A stretch of 64,000 nucleotides of DNA, taken from NCBI GenBank assembly GCA_036744855.1, contig DAIOHF010000014.1:45287-109286 (forward strand), given 5' to 3'. Position numbers and translations under genes: made by a program. Shown in pieces: positions 16,594 to 26,231 of the stretch (the first letter of the stretch is position 1; the number at the start of each line of letters is the position of its first letter). The notes below the pieces were generated by a model that saw only the letters and a list, made by a program, of their open reading frames with translations, did no database searches and was not told the origin of the DNA. This stretch comes from Sedimentisphaerales bacterium (lineage in GTDB: Bacteria; Planctomycetota; Phycisphaerae; Sedimentisphaerales; Anaerobacaceae).

Positions 16594-17724
16594 ATGGGCA
16601 CGTTCTCGGTCGCGTTAATCCTATTGATCGCCATGTTGCCAAACGCGGCCGAGGCGGCCGCCGAGCGAATGACGTACACAGAGGCGAAGGGCAGGATTTC
16701 CCAGCGACGGTTGCCGGACTTCTGGGTCGGCGACCTCAACGGGCTGACCTCTCGCCTGGAGAGCCTCAATCGAGGCCGGGCAACGGCGATTGGCATCACG
16801 CCGGGCGGGCGTCCGATGCATCTGGTCTCGTATGGCGAGAAGGAGCCGGTCACGCATCTGGCGAACTACAACTCGGCCATCGGGGCCCGCGAGCCGTCCG
16901 CCTACATGGACAAGGCGGCCCGCAAGAAACCCGTGGTGTTCCTCGTCGGCCCGGTTCACGGCCACGAGGTCGAGGCCCTCACCGGACTGGTCAACCTGAT
17001 CCAGATCATGGAGACGGGCAAGGACCTGCGAGGCAAGGACCAGACCTCGTTGCGACAACTCGGCGACCGCTGCCGCCTCCTGATCATCCCGGCGGGCAAT
17101 CCGGACGGCGTCGCGCGCTTCGAGCCGCGGTCCTTGCAGGGAATGACGGGCGAAGACCTGCGATTCTGGGGCCAGGGGACGTGGAAGGACGACACGCTCT
17201 GCGGCTGGCCCGGCTGCAAGCGCCAACATCCGATGACCGGCGACAACGTCGGCTTCCTCGGCGGTTACTTCAACGACGCCGGCATCAATCCGATGCACGA
17301 CGAGTTCTTGGCGCCGATGGGGCCTGAGGCGCCGGCGATCCTGAAGGTCGCCATCGAGGAAGGACCCGACCTGGTCGTCTCGCTGCACAGCCATGAGCCG
17401 GCGCCTGCCCTGCTTCGTCCGGCGTATGTTCCCACCGAGGTCCAGCAGGACATCCGCTCGCTGGCTGCGGAATACTATGCCCTTCTGGACAAGCGAAATC
17501 TCCCTCATGACAGTCCTTTCGAGGCGCGTCCCGAGGGCGGCAAGAACCCCGAGTCCTTCAATCTGACCAGCGCTCTGCACCACGTCTGCGGGGCCGGCAG
17601 CTTCACGTTCGAATGTCCCCACGGCCTGTCCGACGGATGCCCGGTGACGTTCGAACAGATCCTCGACATCCAACTGACCCTCTATGAGGCCATGCTGCAA
17701 CATGAACTCGACAAGAAACATTGA
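16594..17724 (+). CDS. M14-family zinc carboxypeptidase-like secreted protein
   Basis: GGAGGA RBS 4 nt before the ATG at 16594, then a signal peptide. GPVHGHEVEA (HxxE), IIPAGNPDG and SLHSHE motifs. The upstream part of the track ORF is translated repeat DNA. Confidence 0.6.
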   Translation: MGTFSVALILLIAMLPNAAEAAAERMTYTEAKGRISQRRLPDFWVGDLNGLTSRLESLNRGRATAIGITPGGRPMHLVSYGEKEPVTHLANYNSAIGAREPSAYMDKAARKKPVVFLVGPVHGHEVEALTGLVNLIQIMETGKDLRGKDQTSLRQLGDRCRLLIIPAGNPDGVARFEPRSLQGMTGEDLRFWGQGTWKDDTLCGWPGCKRQHPMTGDNVGFLGGYFNDAGINPMHDEFLAPMGPEAPAILKVAIEEGPDLVVSLHSHEPAPALLRPAYVPTEVQQDIRSLAAEYYALLDKRNLPHDSPFEARPEGGKNPESFNLTSALHHVCGAGSFTFECPHGLSDGCPVTFEQILDIQLTLYEAMLQHELDKKH

Positions 17725-17827
17725 TTCGCTTGCCGGCCCGTCCCGATCTGTCCTCCCGAGCGAAACGAAGGACCTGGCCGGCGAACACGACGATACTATC
17801 GAGATTGACATTTCACACGAGGGTCAG

Positions 17828-20230
17828 ATGCTTCACTCCGTTCAGCATGACAAGATGAACAGCCGCTCGCAGGTCGCTGCTGGTGGTCCTCTGCAGATCG
17901 CTCTGGTTCTTTCCCTGGCCCTGCTTCACTCGGCGGATGCACAATCGCTGCAACTCGATCAGCGGCCGGCCGAGCCCGGCACGTGGGGCTATCGACCCGA
18001 GACGGGGGCAGTCTCGCAGACAGACCCGCCGAGCTTCAGTTGGCGGCCGCAGCAGCGCTTGACGTGGGAGATCGAGTGCGCCCGCGACGCCGATTTCGCG
18101 AGCGTCGTGTACAGGCGCGAGGGGATCGAGTTCAACGTCCACTGCCCGCCGAGGACTTTCGGTCCGGGAAGCTACTTCTGGCGATATCGCGGGAAAGACT
18201 CGCAGGGGCAGGTCACGGCGTGGAGCCGGACACGCAGCTTCACCATTGCGCGGAACGCCGTGTCGATGCCGCTGCCCGAGCGAAGCGAGTTGATGGCGAG
18301 AATCCCCAAGACGCACCCGCGGCTCTTCCTGCGACCTGAGAATCTCGACCGGCTGCGGGAACTGGCTCGCGGGGAGTTGAAGAGTCAGTACCAGGATCTC
18401 GTGAAGGAGTGCGATCGAATCCTGGCGAATCCGCCCTCGACGCAGGAGCCGCCAAAGTATCCGCCGGGGATGGAGACCAAGAGCGAGGAATGGCGGGAAA
18501 TCTGGTGGGGCAATCGGACGTACACGATCAAGGCCCTCGACAGCGCCGCGACGCTGGCCTTCACCCGCCTGCTCGGCGGCCAGGACAAGTACGGCCAGGA
18601 GGCCCGTCGAATCCTGCTCGAATGCGCCAAGTGGGACCCCAAGGGCAGCACCGGGTACCGCTACAACGATGAAGCGGGCATGCCCTACAATTACCTGTTC
18701 TCGCGAACCTACACGTTCGTCAATGACCTGCTGACGGACGACGAGAAGTCCCTCTGCCGCAAGGTGATGAAGATCCGCGGCGACGAGATGTACAACCACC
18801 TGTGCCCGCGGCACCTCTGGCAACCCTACGCCAGCCACTCGAACCGAGCCTGGCACAAACTCGGCGAGATCGGCATCGCCTTCCTGGGCGAGGTCGAAGG
18901 GGCGGAGGACTGGGTGTGGTTCGCGACGAACGTGTTCTTCAACGTCTATCCGGTCTGGAGCGACGAGGACGGCGGGTGGCACGAGGGCTCCTCGTACTGG
19001 GCCAGCTACCTCAGTCGCTTCACGTGGTGGGCGGACGTCATGCGGGAGGCGATGGGCATCGACGCCTACGACAAGCCCTTCTTCTCGAAGGTGGGCTATT
19101 ACGCGATGTACCTGATGCCGCCGGGCAAGGCGGACGGCGGCTTCGGCGACCTGGCCGCGAACAAGACCTCGAAGTCAAACGTCCCGCTGATGAGCATCCT
19201 CGCGGCCCAGGCGCAGAACCCCTACTGGAGATGGTACGTCGATCAGCACGGCGGCCCGGTCCCCACGGGCGGCTACGTCGGCTTCATCCGTGGCCAACTG
19301 CCCAAGGTTCAGCCCAAAGCCCCCACCGACCTGCCTGCGTCGCGACTCTTCGAGGGCACCGGCCAGGCCTATCTCAACACGAACCTCACGAACGCGGACG
19401 ACAGCGTGCAGGTGGTCTTCAAGTCGAGCCCGTTCGGCACGCAGTCGCACGGCTACGAATCGAACAACTCCTTCCTGCTCTGGGCTTTCGGCAAACGCAT
19501 GCTGATCGGCTCGGGGTACCGCGACATCTACGGCAGCGACCACCATCAGAACTGGATGTGGACCACCCGCTCGACCAACTGCATCACGATCAACGGCCAA
19601 GGCCAGAAGAAGCACACCGTCGGCGCCCAGGGCCGGATTACCGCATTCCTGACGACCCCGCAGGTGGACGCGGTCATCGGCGACGCGAGCGACTCCTACG
19701 GCCCGCCGGTCCAGCGATTTAAGCGGGCGATCCTGTTCGTCAAGCCCGACCTGATCGTGATCTACGACCGCTTGAAGGTCAGCGAACCCTCGACCTATGA
19801 ATACTGGCTCCACGCGGTCAACCAGTTCGAGATCCGCGATCAGCAGAACATCACAACCCAAAACGGCGACGTGACCTGCGACATCACCATCCTGACGCCC
19901 CAGAAGCTCACGTTCACCCAGACCAACGAATACGACCCGAATCCCCGCGAGCGCATCAAGCTCCGCGAATGGCACCTGACAGCCAAAACCGCGGACAAGC
20001 AGGACCACATGGAGTTCGTCACGCTCTACCGACCGCACAAGGTCGGAGGCAGATCCATGCTCCAGGCCGTCCTGGAATCGTCATCATCGGGCGATCATGT
20101 GCTGAAGATTGGTACACCGGGAGATGAATTGACTGTGCGCCTTCCACGGGACAGTGGCATACCCATCAAGCTCAGGCGTGAACACCCGGAAGGTTCCGTG
20201 CAGATCATCGAAGTCAACGAGCAGGATTGA
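17828..20230 (+). CDS. Heparinase II/III-like polysaccharide lyase (DUF4962 plus Hepar_II_III C-terminal domain)
   Basis: Signal peptide. SHSNRAWHKLGEIGIAFLG...GGWHEGSSYWASY and QSHGYESNNSFLLWAFGKRMLIGSGY...TRSTNCITINGQGQ blocks, typical of this family. Confidence 0.75.
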   Translation: MLHSVQHDKMNSRSQVAAGGPLQIALVLSLALLHSADAQSLQLDQRPAEPGTWGYRPETGAVSQTDPPSFSWRPQQRLTWEIECARDADFASVVYRREGIEFNVHCPPRTFGPGSYFWRYRGKDSQGQVTAWSRTRSFTIARNAVSMPLPERSELMARIPKTHPRLFLRPENLDRLRELARGELKSQYQDLVKECDRILANPPSTQEPPKYPPGMETKSEEWREIWWGNRTYTIKALDSAATLAFTRLLGGQDKYGQEARRILLECAKWDPKGSTGYRYNDEAGMPYNYLFSRTYTFVNDLLTDDEKSLCRKVMKIRGDEMYNHLCPRHLWQPYASHSNRAWHKLGEIGIAFLGEVEGAEDWVWFATNVFFNVYPVWSDEDGGWHEGSSYWASYLSRFTWWADVMREAMGIDAYDKPFFSKVGYYAMYLMPPGKADGGFGDLAANKTSKSNVPLMSILAAQAQNPYWRWYVDQHGGPVPTGGYVGFIRGQLPKVQPKAPTDLPASRLFEGTGQAYLNTNLTNADDSVQVVFKSSPFGTQSHGYESNNSFLLWAFGKRMLIGSGYRDIYGSDHHQNWMWTTRSTNCITINGQGQKKHTVGAQGRITAFLTTPQVDAVIGDASDSYGPPVQRFKRAILFVKPDLIVIYDRLKVSEPSTYEYWLHAVNQFEIRDQQNITTQNGDVTCDITILTPQKLTFTQTNEYDPNPRERIKLREWHLTAKTADKQDHMEFVTLYRPHKVGGRSMLQAVLESSSSGDHVLKIGTPGDELTVRLPRDSGIPIKLRREHPEGSVQIIEVNEQD

Positions 20231-20291
20231 AGCGAACATGCAGATCCACAGGGCCATGGAGCGAGTCCATCCTACACGTCGCATCTGCCCA

Positions 20292-20606
20292 TCAGGTCTT
20301 CGGCTCGTCCTTCATGCGCTGCCTGACTATGTGCAGGAGCATGCCAAACAGAAACCCAATCGCAGAATTCGCGATGAAGGTGCACACAACCGACCCTACG
20401 AGCCCTGATCCGTCCGAGAAAGGGGGCCGAAGAAGACTCCACAGCGCATGGCCTGGCAAGAAGATGGAGAAGGACAAAGGCATGATGACGCACCAACCAT
20501 ACGGACTCTCGCCCATATTAAGACCCGGAATCACAAGAAGCCACGATATCGCGGTGACTATGAATGCCAGGCCCACACACCGCCGGATAATACGGGATCC
20601 GCGCAT
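20292..20606 (-). CDS. Hypothetical small membrane protein (low-GC islet)
   Basis: 104-aa ORF with 3 hydrophobic segments in an AT-richer stretch. No recognised family. Confidence 0.25.
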   Translation of the reverse strand: MRGSRIIRRCVGLAFIVTAISWLLVIPGLNMGESPYGWCVIMPLSFSIFLPGHALWSLLRPPFSDGSGLVGSVVCTFIANSAIGFLFGMLLHIVRQRMKDEPKT

Positions 20607-20878
20607 ACCGACATGGGTATGTGTCGAAGAGACACTTGAAGGCGGCTTGTGCGGGTTCGGCTCCGTCTGGCTCTCTCCACTTCACTTCAGGCCGCAACGA
20701 GGCGGCTTCAAGTCGTCGGCAGCAACTACAGTCATCATACCGTGAATCGCAGGGCCTACAATAACTTGTCGTCACGATGAGCTCTGAGTGTCCAGCACAC
20801 ACTCATCATAGGAACATACATTAATCGGGCACACAGGATCCTCCTGTTTCCATCGGGGCCGGCACCAAAACAGCAGGA

Positions 20879-21286
20879 TCACCAAACTGTCACGCTCAGG
20901 TCTTCGATCTGCTGGAAATGGGTATCGCGTGTCACAAGCGACAGATCATGCTGGCGGGCAAGCGCGGCGATCCAGATGTCATTTTCAGGCAAGGGTCGTC
21001 CCTTCATACGCAATGCGTTCTTGATCTCACCGTATTCCCGCGCGGTTTCAAGATCGCACGCCAGCACGACGTTTGTGAGCACCAGTTGATCGATGCGTGC
21101 GAGATTCTGCTGCGGCCGACTCGACTTTCTTGCCCCATAGCACAGTTCACCGACCGCGACACCAGAAAGGAACACCTCGTCAGCCTCATCAAAGCCCTTC
21201 TTGACTCCTCCGTCACCAGCGAAGAACGCCACAATAACGTTGGTATCGAGCAGGTATCTACCATTCATTGGTGTCCACCTGTTCAC
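20879..21286 (-). CDS. vapC: PIN-domain toxin VapC
   Basis: YLLDTNVIV...GELxYG...NDIWIAALARQHDLSLVTRDTHF carries the PIN acidic residues. The likely start is at 21268 (MNGRYLLD), overlapping the antitoxin gene. Confidence 0.85.
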   Translation of the reverse strand: MNRWTPMNGRYLLDTNVIVAFFAGDGGVKKGFDEADEVFLSGVAVGELCYGARKSSRPQQNLARIDQLVLTNVVLACDLETAREYGEIKNALRMKGRPLPENDIWIAALARQHDLSLVTRDTHFQQIEDLSVTVW

Positions 21287-21506
21287 AGCCTCGCTCGATG
21301 GCTTCGCGCATCAACTCGGCGTCCTCTGGCGATATCGTACCCGCAAGGTGCAATGATTGTCGGCCCGGAACACCCCGAGGAGTGGACTGAGCCAGAGCCC
21401 GTGTGAACTCCAGCACCCGCCATTGCAGGTCCTGCGGCAGGTCCTTGAGTTCCTCGACCACCTTATCAACAATCGGCCTATCCATATGGCTCCCTTCAGT
21501 CATCAT
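21258..21506 (-). CDS. VapB-type antitoxin (small acidic helical protein)
   Basis: Short ORF overlapping the vapC start. GGGAGGA lies adjacent to the ATG pair at 21503/21506, and another ATG is at 21485, so the start is uncertain. Confidence 0.55.
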   Translation of the reverse strand: MMTEGSHMDRPIVDKVVEELKDLPQDLQWRVLEFTRALAQSTPRGVPGRQSLHLAGTISPEDAELMREAIERGCEQVDTNEW

Positions 21507-21733
21507 TCCTCCCGGCGACCAACGCGGACTCGGAACACGGCCCGTGTTGACCATTGTAGCACGACGATCGGGTCGGGGCAATTATTGACTGTTGATGTAC
21601 CGGCTAGGCCGCGGTATGCTGGGCCTGTCGTGCGGGCGGGTGGCCCAGTGGATTTGCGGTTTTCGCGGCCGACCTCGGCGGCCAAAAGCGCAAATCGTCA
21701 ATCGTAAATGGTACATGTCAAGGGGTTGATGCG

Positions 21734-23182
21734 ATGCCGCAGGATATGGAGCAGCTCTATCAGCAGCGATTGAACCGATACGTCACGGCCATGCGGAACG
21801 AGAAGCCGGACATGATCCCCATCCGTCCGTTCGTGGCCGAGTTCACGGCCAAGTACGCCGGCTTCACCTGCCAGGACGTGGCCCACGACTACGGCAAGGC
21901 GTTCGAGGCCGCGGTCAAAACGGCCAAAGACTTCCAGTGGGACGCGGTTGTCGCGAACATGGTCTACGTCTGGACCGGTCTGGCCCAGGCCGCGGGGCTG
22001 AGGTACTACGGCATCCCCGGCGTCGGCATCCCGCACACGGTCGGCTTCAACTACATCGAACCGCCCGAGGACAAGGCCTTCATGAAGGAGGACGAGTACG
22101 ACGAGCTGATCGACGATCCGACCGCCTTCCTCTACAACACCTGGCTGCCGCGGGTCTCGACCGAGGTCAGCACCATCGGCGAGGCGTCCACCTATCGCAA
22201 CAACCTGGCCCTGGTCAAAAGCGCGATGGCCATGCTACAGTACTTCTACGCCTTCGGACCCCAGTCGGCGCGGCTGCGCTCCGAGTGCGGGGTCGCCGGC
22301 GCGATCGCGGGCATCTTCAAGGCGCCCTTCGACATCCTCGCCGACAAGATGCGAGGCTACATCGGCCTGACCATGGACATGCAGACACAGCCCAAGAAGG
22401 TGCTCAAAGCCTGCGAGGCCCTCATGCCGCACCTGGTCAACGTGGGTCTGACCACCGCCGATGCGACCAACCACGTCCCGATCGGCTACTGGATGCACCG
22501 CGGCTGCGTGCCCTTCGTCAACCCCAAGCAGTTCGAGTCGCACTACTGGCCGACGCTAAAGCCCTGCATCGAGGAGTTCTGGAAGAACGGGCACCAGACC
22601 CTCTTCTACGCCGAGGGCCGCTGGAAGCACCACTTCGACGCCTTCCGCGAACTGCCCGACCGGAGCATCGTGTTCCACTGCGATCAGGACGACATCTTCG
22701 AGGTCCACAAGAGGCTCCACGACAAGTTCGCCATCAGCGGCGGCATCCCCAACATGCTCTTGAGCTACGGCTCGCCCGAAGAGGTGCGAGATTTCGTGAT
22801 GCGGGTGATCCAGGAAGTGGCCAAAGACGGCGGCTACATCCTGGACGCCGGCGCGATCATGCAGAACGACACGAGCGTCGAGAACATGAAGATGATGACG
22901 CAGGTCTGTCGCGAGCATGGCGTCTACTCCTCCGGCTCGTACAAGACGCCGACCGCGACGCCGCCGTGCGATCTGCCGTCGTCGGTCGAATCCCGCAAGA
23001 AGGTCAAAGGCATGGCCGGCAGGACGGCGCCGCGAGTCAAGCCCGGCGTCTGTTTCCCCTGGGAGGAGCGCGTCAAGGACCTCCCCGACATCACCGGCGA
23101 CAAGGCGATGATCCAGCGGATCTGGGAGAACATCGACGCGCTGGGCAACATGTACATCTGGCAGCTTCTGCTGTCGTTCTAG
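21734..23182 (+). CDS. Uroporphyrinogen-decarboxylase (URO-D)-fold family protein (MtaA/CmuA-like)
   Basis: 482-aa ORF. The C-terminal ISGGIPNMLLSYGSPEEVRDFVMRVIQEVAKDGGYILDAGAIMQNDTSVENMKMM block is typical of the URO-D fold. Function is unknown. Confidence 0.55.
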   Translation: MPQDMEQLYQQRLNRYVTAMRNEKPDMIPIRPFVAEFTAKYAGFTCQDVAHDYGKAFEAAVKTAKDFQWDAVVANMVYVWTGLAQAAGLRYYGIPGVGIPHTVGFNYIEPPEDKAFMKEDEYDELIDDPTAFLYNTWLPRVSTEVSTIGEASTYRNNLALVKSAMAMLQYFYAFGPQSARLRSECGVAGAIAGIFKAPFDILADKMRGYIGLTMDMQTQPKKVLKACEALMPHLVNVGLTTADATNHVPIGYWMHRGCVPFVNPKQFESHYWPTLKPCIEEFWKNGHQTLFYAEGRWKHHFDAFRELPDRSIVFHCDQDDIFEVHKRLHDKFAISGGIPNMLLSYGSPEEVRDFVMRVIQEVAKDGGYILDAGAIMQNDTSVENMKMMTQVCREHGVYSSGSYKTPTATPPCDLPSSVESRKKVKGMAGRTAPRVKPGVCFPWEERVKDLPDITGDKAMIQRIWENIDALGNMYIWQLLLSF

Positions 23183-23208
23183 CAGTTCGGGCATCTGTGG
23201 AGGACATA

Positions 23209-24504
23209 ATGAACCATCCAGTCGGGCGCAGGGTTTTCCTGAAAAGAACGACTGCCCTCGTCGGCGGCGTCGCCCTGCCGTACTTCGTGCGTCCCTCGGC
23301 GCTGGGCATGGCCGGAAGCGTCGCGGCCAGCGAGCGGATCACGCTGGGCATGATCGGCACAGGCGACCACGGCCGACAGGTGAACCTCAAGACCTTCCTC
23401 ACGCACTCCGACGCCCACGTCCTGGCGGTCTGCGACGTGGACAAGGCGCAGCGGGAGATCGCCCGCAAGATGGTCGACGACAAGTACGGCAACAAGGACT
23501 GCGCGGTCTGCAACGACTTTCGCGAGGTCCTCGCCCGCGCCGACATCGATGCGGTGATGATCTCGACGCCGGACCATTGGCACGTGCCGATTGCGATTGC
23601 CGCCGCCAAGGCGGGCAAAGACATCGAGTGCGAGAAGCCCACGCTGACAATCGAGGAGGGCCGCAGGCTCGTCGAGACGATGAAGCGGTACAACCGCGTC
23701 TTCCAGTGGTCCACCGAGGACCGCGCGGTGGACGTCTATCATCGCATGTGCGAACTCGTCCGCAACGGCAGGATCGGCAAGGTCCACACGATCCGCGTGG
23801 AGCTTCCCAGCGGGCCGGACACGCCGGGCAATCCCGAGCCGATGCCGGTGCCGGAGGGCTTCGACTATGACATGTGGCTGGGACCCGCGCCCTGGGCACC
23901 CTACACGAAGGACCGCTGCCACTGGAATTTCCGCTGGATCTTCGACTACTCCGGCGGCATGCTCACCGACTGGGGCGCCCACCTGCTCGACGGCGCCCAG
24001 TGGGGCAACGACACCGAGCGCACCGGCCCGGTCGAAGTCGAGGGCAAAGGCGTCTTCTGGAATGAGGGTCTGTTCAACACGGCCAGGGAGTTCCGCATCG
24101 AGTACACCTACGCCGACGGCGTGAAGCTGATCGTGACATCCGGCACGCCCAGCCTGAGATTCGAGGGCAGCGAAGGCTGGATCGGCAATCGCGGCTGGCG
24201 GGCCCCCCTGCAGGCGGAGCCCGCATCCATCCTGACCTCGGCCATCGGGCCCGATGGGGTCCGCCTGTTCACCTGCCCCCAGGGCGAGCAGCGGAACTTC
24301 CTCGACTGCGTCAAATCGAGACAGGAGTGCTACTTCCCGCCGGAGATCGGACAGCGATGTTTCACGATCGCGCACATCGGCAACATCGCCATGCTGCGAG
24401 GAAAGAAGCTCAAGTGGGACCCGCAGGCCGAGCGGTTCACGAACGACGACCAGGCCAACCGCATGCTCGGACGGAGCATGCGAAGCCCGTGGAATCTGCT
24501 GTGA
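23209..24504 (+). CDS. Gfo/Idh/MocA-family oxidoreductase with TAT signal
   Basis: GGAGGA RBS. MNHPVGRRVFLKRTTALVGG twin-arginine signal. ITLGMIGTGDHG Rossmann motif. VMISTPDHWH and ECEKP motifs. Confidence 0.85.
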   Translation: MNHPVGRRVFLKRTTALVGGVALPYFVRPSALGMAGSVAASERITLGMIGTGDHGRQVNLKTFLTHSDAHVLAVCDVDKAQREIARKMVDDKYGNKDCAVCNDFREVLARADIDAVMISTPDHWHVPIAIAAAKAGKDIECEKPTLTIEEGRRLVETMKRYNRVFQWSTEDRAVDVYHRMCELVRNGRIGKVHTIRVELPSGPDTPGNPEPMPVPEGFDYDMWLGPAPWAPYTKDRCHWNFRWIFDYSGGMLTDWGAHLLDGAQWGNDTERTGPVEVEGKGVFWNEGLFNTAREFRIEYTYADGVKLIVTSGTPSLRFEGSEGWIGNRGWRAPLQAEPASILTSAIGPDGVRLFTCPQGEQRNFLDCVKSRQECYFPPEIGQRCFTIAHIGNIAMLRGKKLKWDPQAERFTNDDQANRMLGRSMRSPWNLL

Positions 24505-24523
24505 AGATCATGGAATTGACTTT

Positions 24524-24632
24524 GTCATGCTGAACGAAGTGAAGCATCCGGCCTGCGAAGGGAGAAACACCCCTGGATTCGGGGCTTCCTTTCTCGCTCG
24601 ATGCCCGGATCCTTCGCTTTGCTCAGGGTGAC
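24524..24632. repeat. 109-bp palindromic element GTCATGCTGAACGAAGTGAAGCATCC...GGATCCTTCGCTTTGCTCAGGGTGAC
   Basis: The terminal arms are approximate reverse complements. Same family as 4456-4555. Lies in the spacer between the oxidoreductase gene and the DUF1080 fusion gene. Confidence 0.75.
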
Positions 24633-24656
24633 AGAGGAAGAAGGAGGACTCGCGTC

Positions 24657-26219
24657 ATGGCAAGATGTGCTTTGGCTATCTTCGCAATCGTGGCTTTCCT
24701 GGCCTCGCCCCTTACCGCAACAGCGAAGGATTGCAGCGAATGTCACAAGCTCCCGATCACAGGCGACGACCTCTCCCCCTGGCGGAGTCCGACGGGAGAC
24801 TGGACCGTCGTTGGGGACGCGACGCTCGCGCCCGGCAACGAGACGATGCTGACGGCCACGCCGGGAACCGGAGCCATCCTCAACGGCTCGACCGGCAGAA
24901 CCGTCAACCTCCTGAGCAAGCAGGAATTCGGCGACGTCCGCGCCCACGTCGAGTTCATGGCCTCGAAGGACTCCAACTCGGGCGTGTACTTCATGGGCCG
25001 CTACGAGGTCCAGGTATTCGACAGTTGGCAGAAGCCGTCGGCCTATCCCGGCATCGAGTGCGGCGGCATCTACGAACGATGGGATGAAAGCCGCGATCCC
25101 AAAGGCTACGAGGGCCATTCACCGCGTGTCAACGCGTCGAAGTCGCCCGGCCAGTGGCAGAGCTTCGACGTGGTCTTCCGGGCCCCTCGCTTCGACAAGA
25201 CCGGCCGCAAGATCGCCAACGCCCGTTTCGAGAAAGTGGTGCACAACGGGGTCCTTGTCCACAGCGATGTCGAACTGACCGGACCGACCCGCGCCAGCAC
25301 GTACGACGACGAAAAGCCGCTCGGCCCGCTCATGCTCCAGGGCGACCACGGACCGGTGGCCTATCGCAACCTCTGGTTCGCCCCTGCGGGCCCGAACCCC
25401 TTCTTCGCGATGGACACCGCGACCCAGGACGCGAACCACAAGACCGCCTCGCAACAGGCGCAAATGCTCAAGGATCTGGGCTACGCCGGCATCGGGCCGG
25501 GCTACACGGGAGTGGCTCCGCTGGCGGAGATGCTCAAGGAGCTCGATGCACGCGACTTGCAGCTCTTCGCGGTCTACGCCGGCATCAATATCGACGCCGG
25601 AACCCAGCCGTATGATCCATCATTGAAAGAGGCCATGAAGGTCCTGGAAGGCCGCAACGCGATTCTGTGGATCTTCGCGCAGAGCAAACAGTTCGGTCCC
25701 TCGAACGTCGAAGGCGATGCCCGAGCGGTCGAGCTCATCCGCGAACTGGCGGACGCGGCTGCTTCCCACAGGGTTCGCATCTCGCTGTATCCTCACAACG
25801 CCTTCTGGATGGAGACGATCGAGGACACCGTGCGAATCGCGGAGAAAGTGAAGCGCCCGAATGTGGGCGTCACGTTCAACCTGTGCCACTGGCTGCGAGT
25901 CAGCAAGAGCCGGGACGCCAGAGCGGCCATCGAGAAGGCGATGCCCTATCTGTCCGTGGTGAACATCAACGGCGCGGATTCCGACGGCAAAGACTGGAAC
26001 ACCTTGATTCAGACGCTCGATCGCGGTACCTTCGACATGCGTGGATTCCTGGAGATCCTTCGGGACGCCGGGTACACCGGCCCGATCGGGTTCCAGGGCT
26101 ACGGCATCGGCGGCGATGCCCATGAGAATCTCAAACGCACGATGGCCGCCTGGGAGAAGCACTGCCAGGTCCTTCGCGGCGATGTGAAACCATTCGGGGA
26201 GTTGAAAAAGGCACCCTGA
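24657..26219 (+). CDS. Secreted fusion: CXXCH motif plus DUF1080 (3-keto-disaccharide hydrolase-like) plus xylose-isomerase-like TIM barrel
   Basis: Signal peptide, then CSECH at 24732-24746. DUF1080 hallmarks (GDWTV..., SNSGVYFMGRYEVQVFDS, LQGDHGPVAYRNLWF). The C-terminal half resembles sugar-phosphate isomerase/epimerase TIM barrels. Confidence 0.7.
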   Translation: MARCALAIFAIVAFLASPLTATAKDCSECHKLPITGDDLSPWRSPTGDWTVVGDATLAPGNETMLTATPGTGAILNGSTGRTVNLLSKQEFGDVRAHVEFMASKDSNSGVYFMGRYEVQVFDSWQKPSAYPGIECGGIYERWDESRDPKGYEGHSPRVNASKSPGQWQSFDVVFRAPRFDKTGRKIANARFEKVVHNGVLVHSDVELTGPTRASTYDDEKPLGPLMLQGDHGPVAYRNLWFAPAGPNPFFAMDTATQDANHKTASQQAQMLKDLGYAGIGPGYTGVAPLAEMLKELDARDLQLFAVYAGINIDAGTQPYDPSLKEAMKVLEGRNAILWIFAQSKQFGPSNVEGDARAVELIRELADAAASHRVRISLYPHNAFWMETIEDTVRIAEKVKRPNVGVTFNLCHWLRVSKSRDARAAIEKAMPYLSVVNINGADSDGKDWNTLIQTLDRGTFDMRGFLEILRDAGYTGPIGFQGYGIGGDAHENLKRTMAAWEKHCQVLRGDVKPFGELKKAP

Positions 26220-26231
26220 CAGATGGAGTCC

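Noticed and set aside
20518-20802. Cys-rich 94-aa ORF in the islet upstream of vapC.
   Set aside because: It overlaps the 20292-20606 ORF, and it has no RBS and no recognisable motif. Coding status cannot be supported from sequence alone.
21937-23208. 855-aa ORF that fuses an alternative frame of the URO-D-like gene to the oxidoreductase.
   Set aside because: The upstream part overlaps the well-supported 21734-23182 gene in another frame and is Arg/Pro-rich. The real start, with an RBS and a TAT signal, is at 23209.
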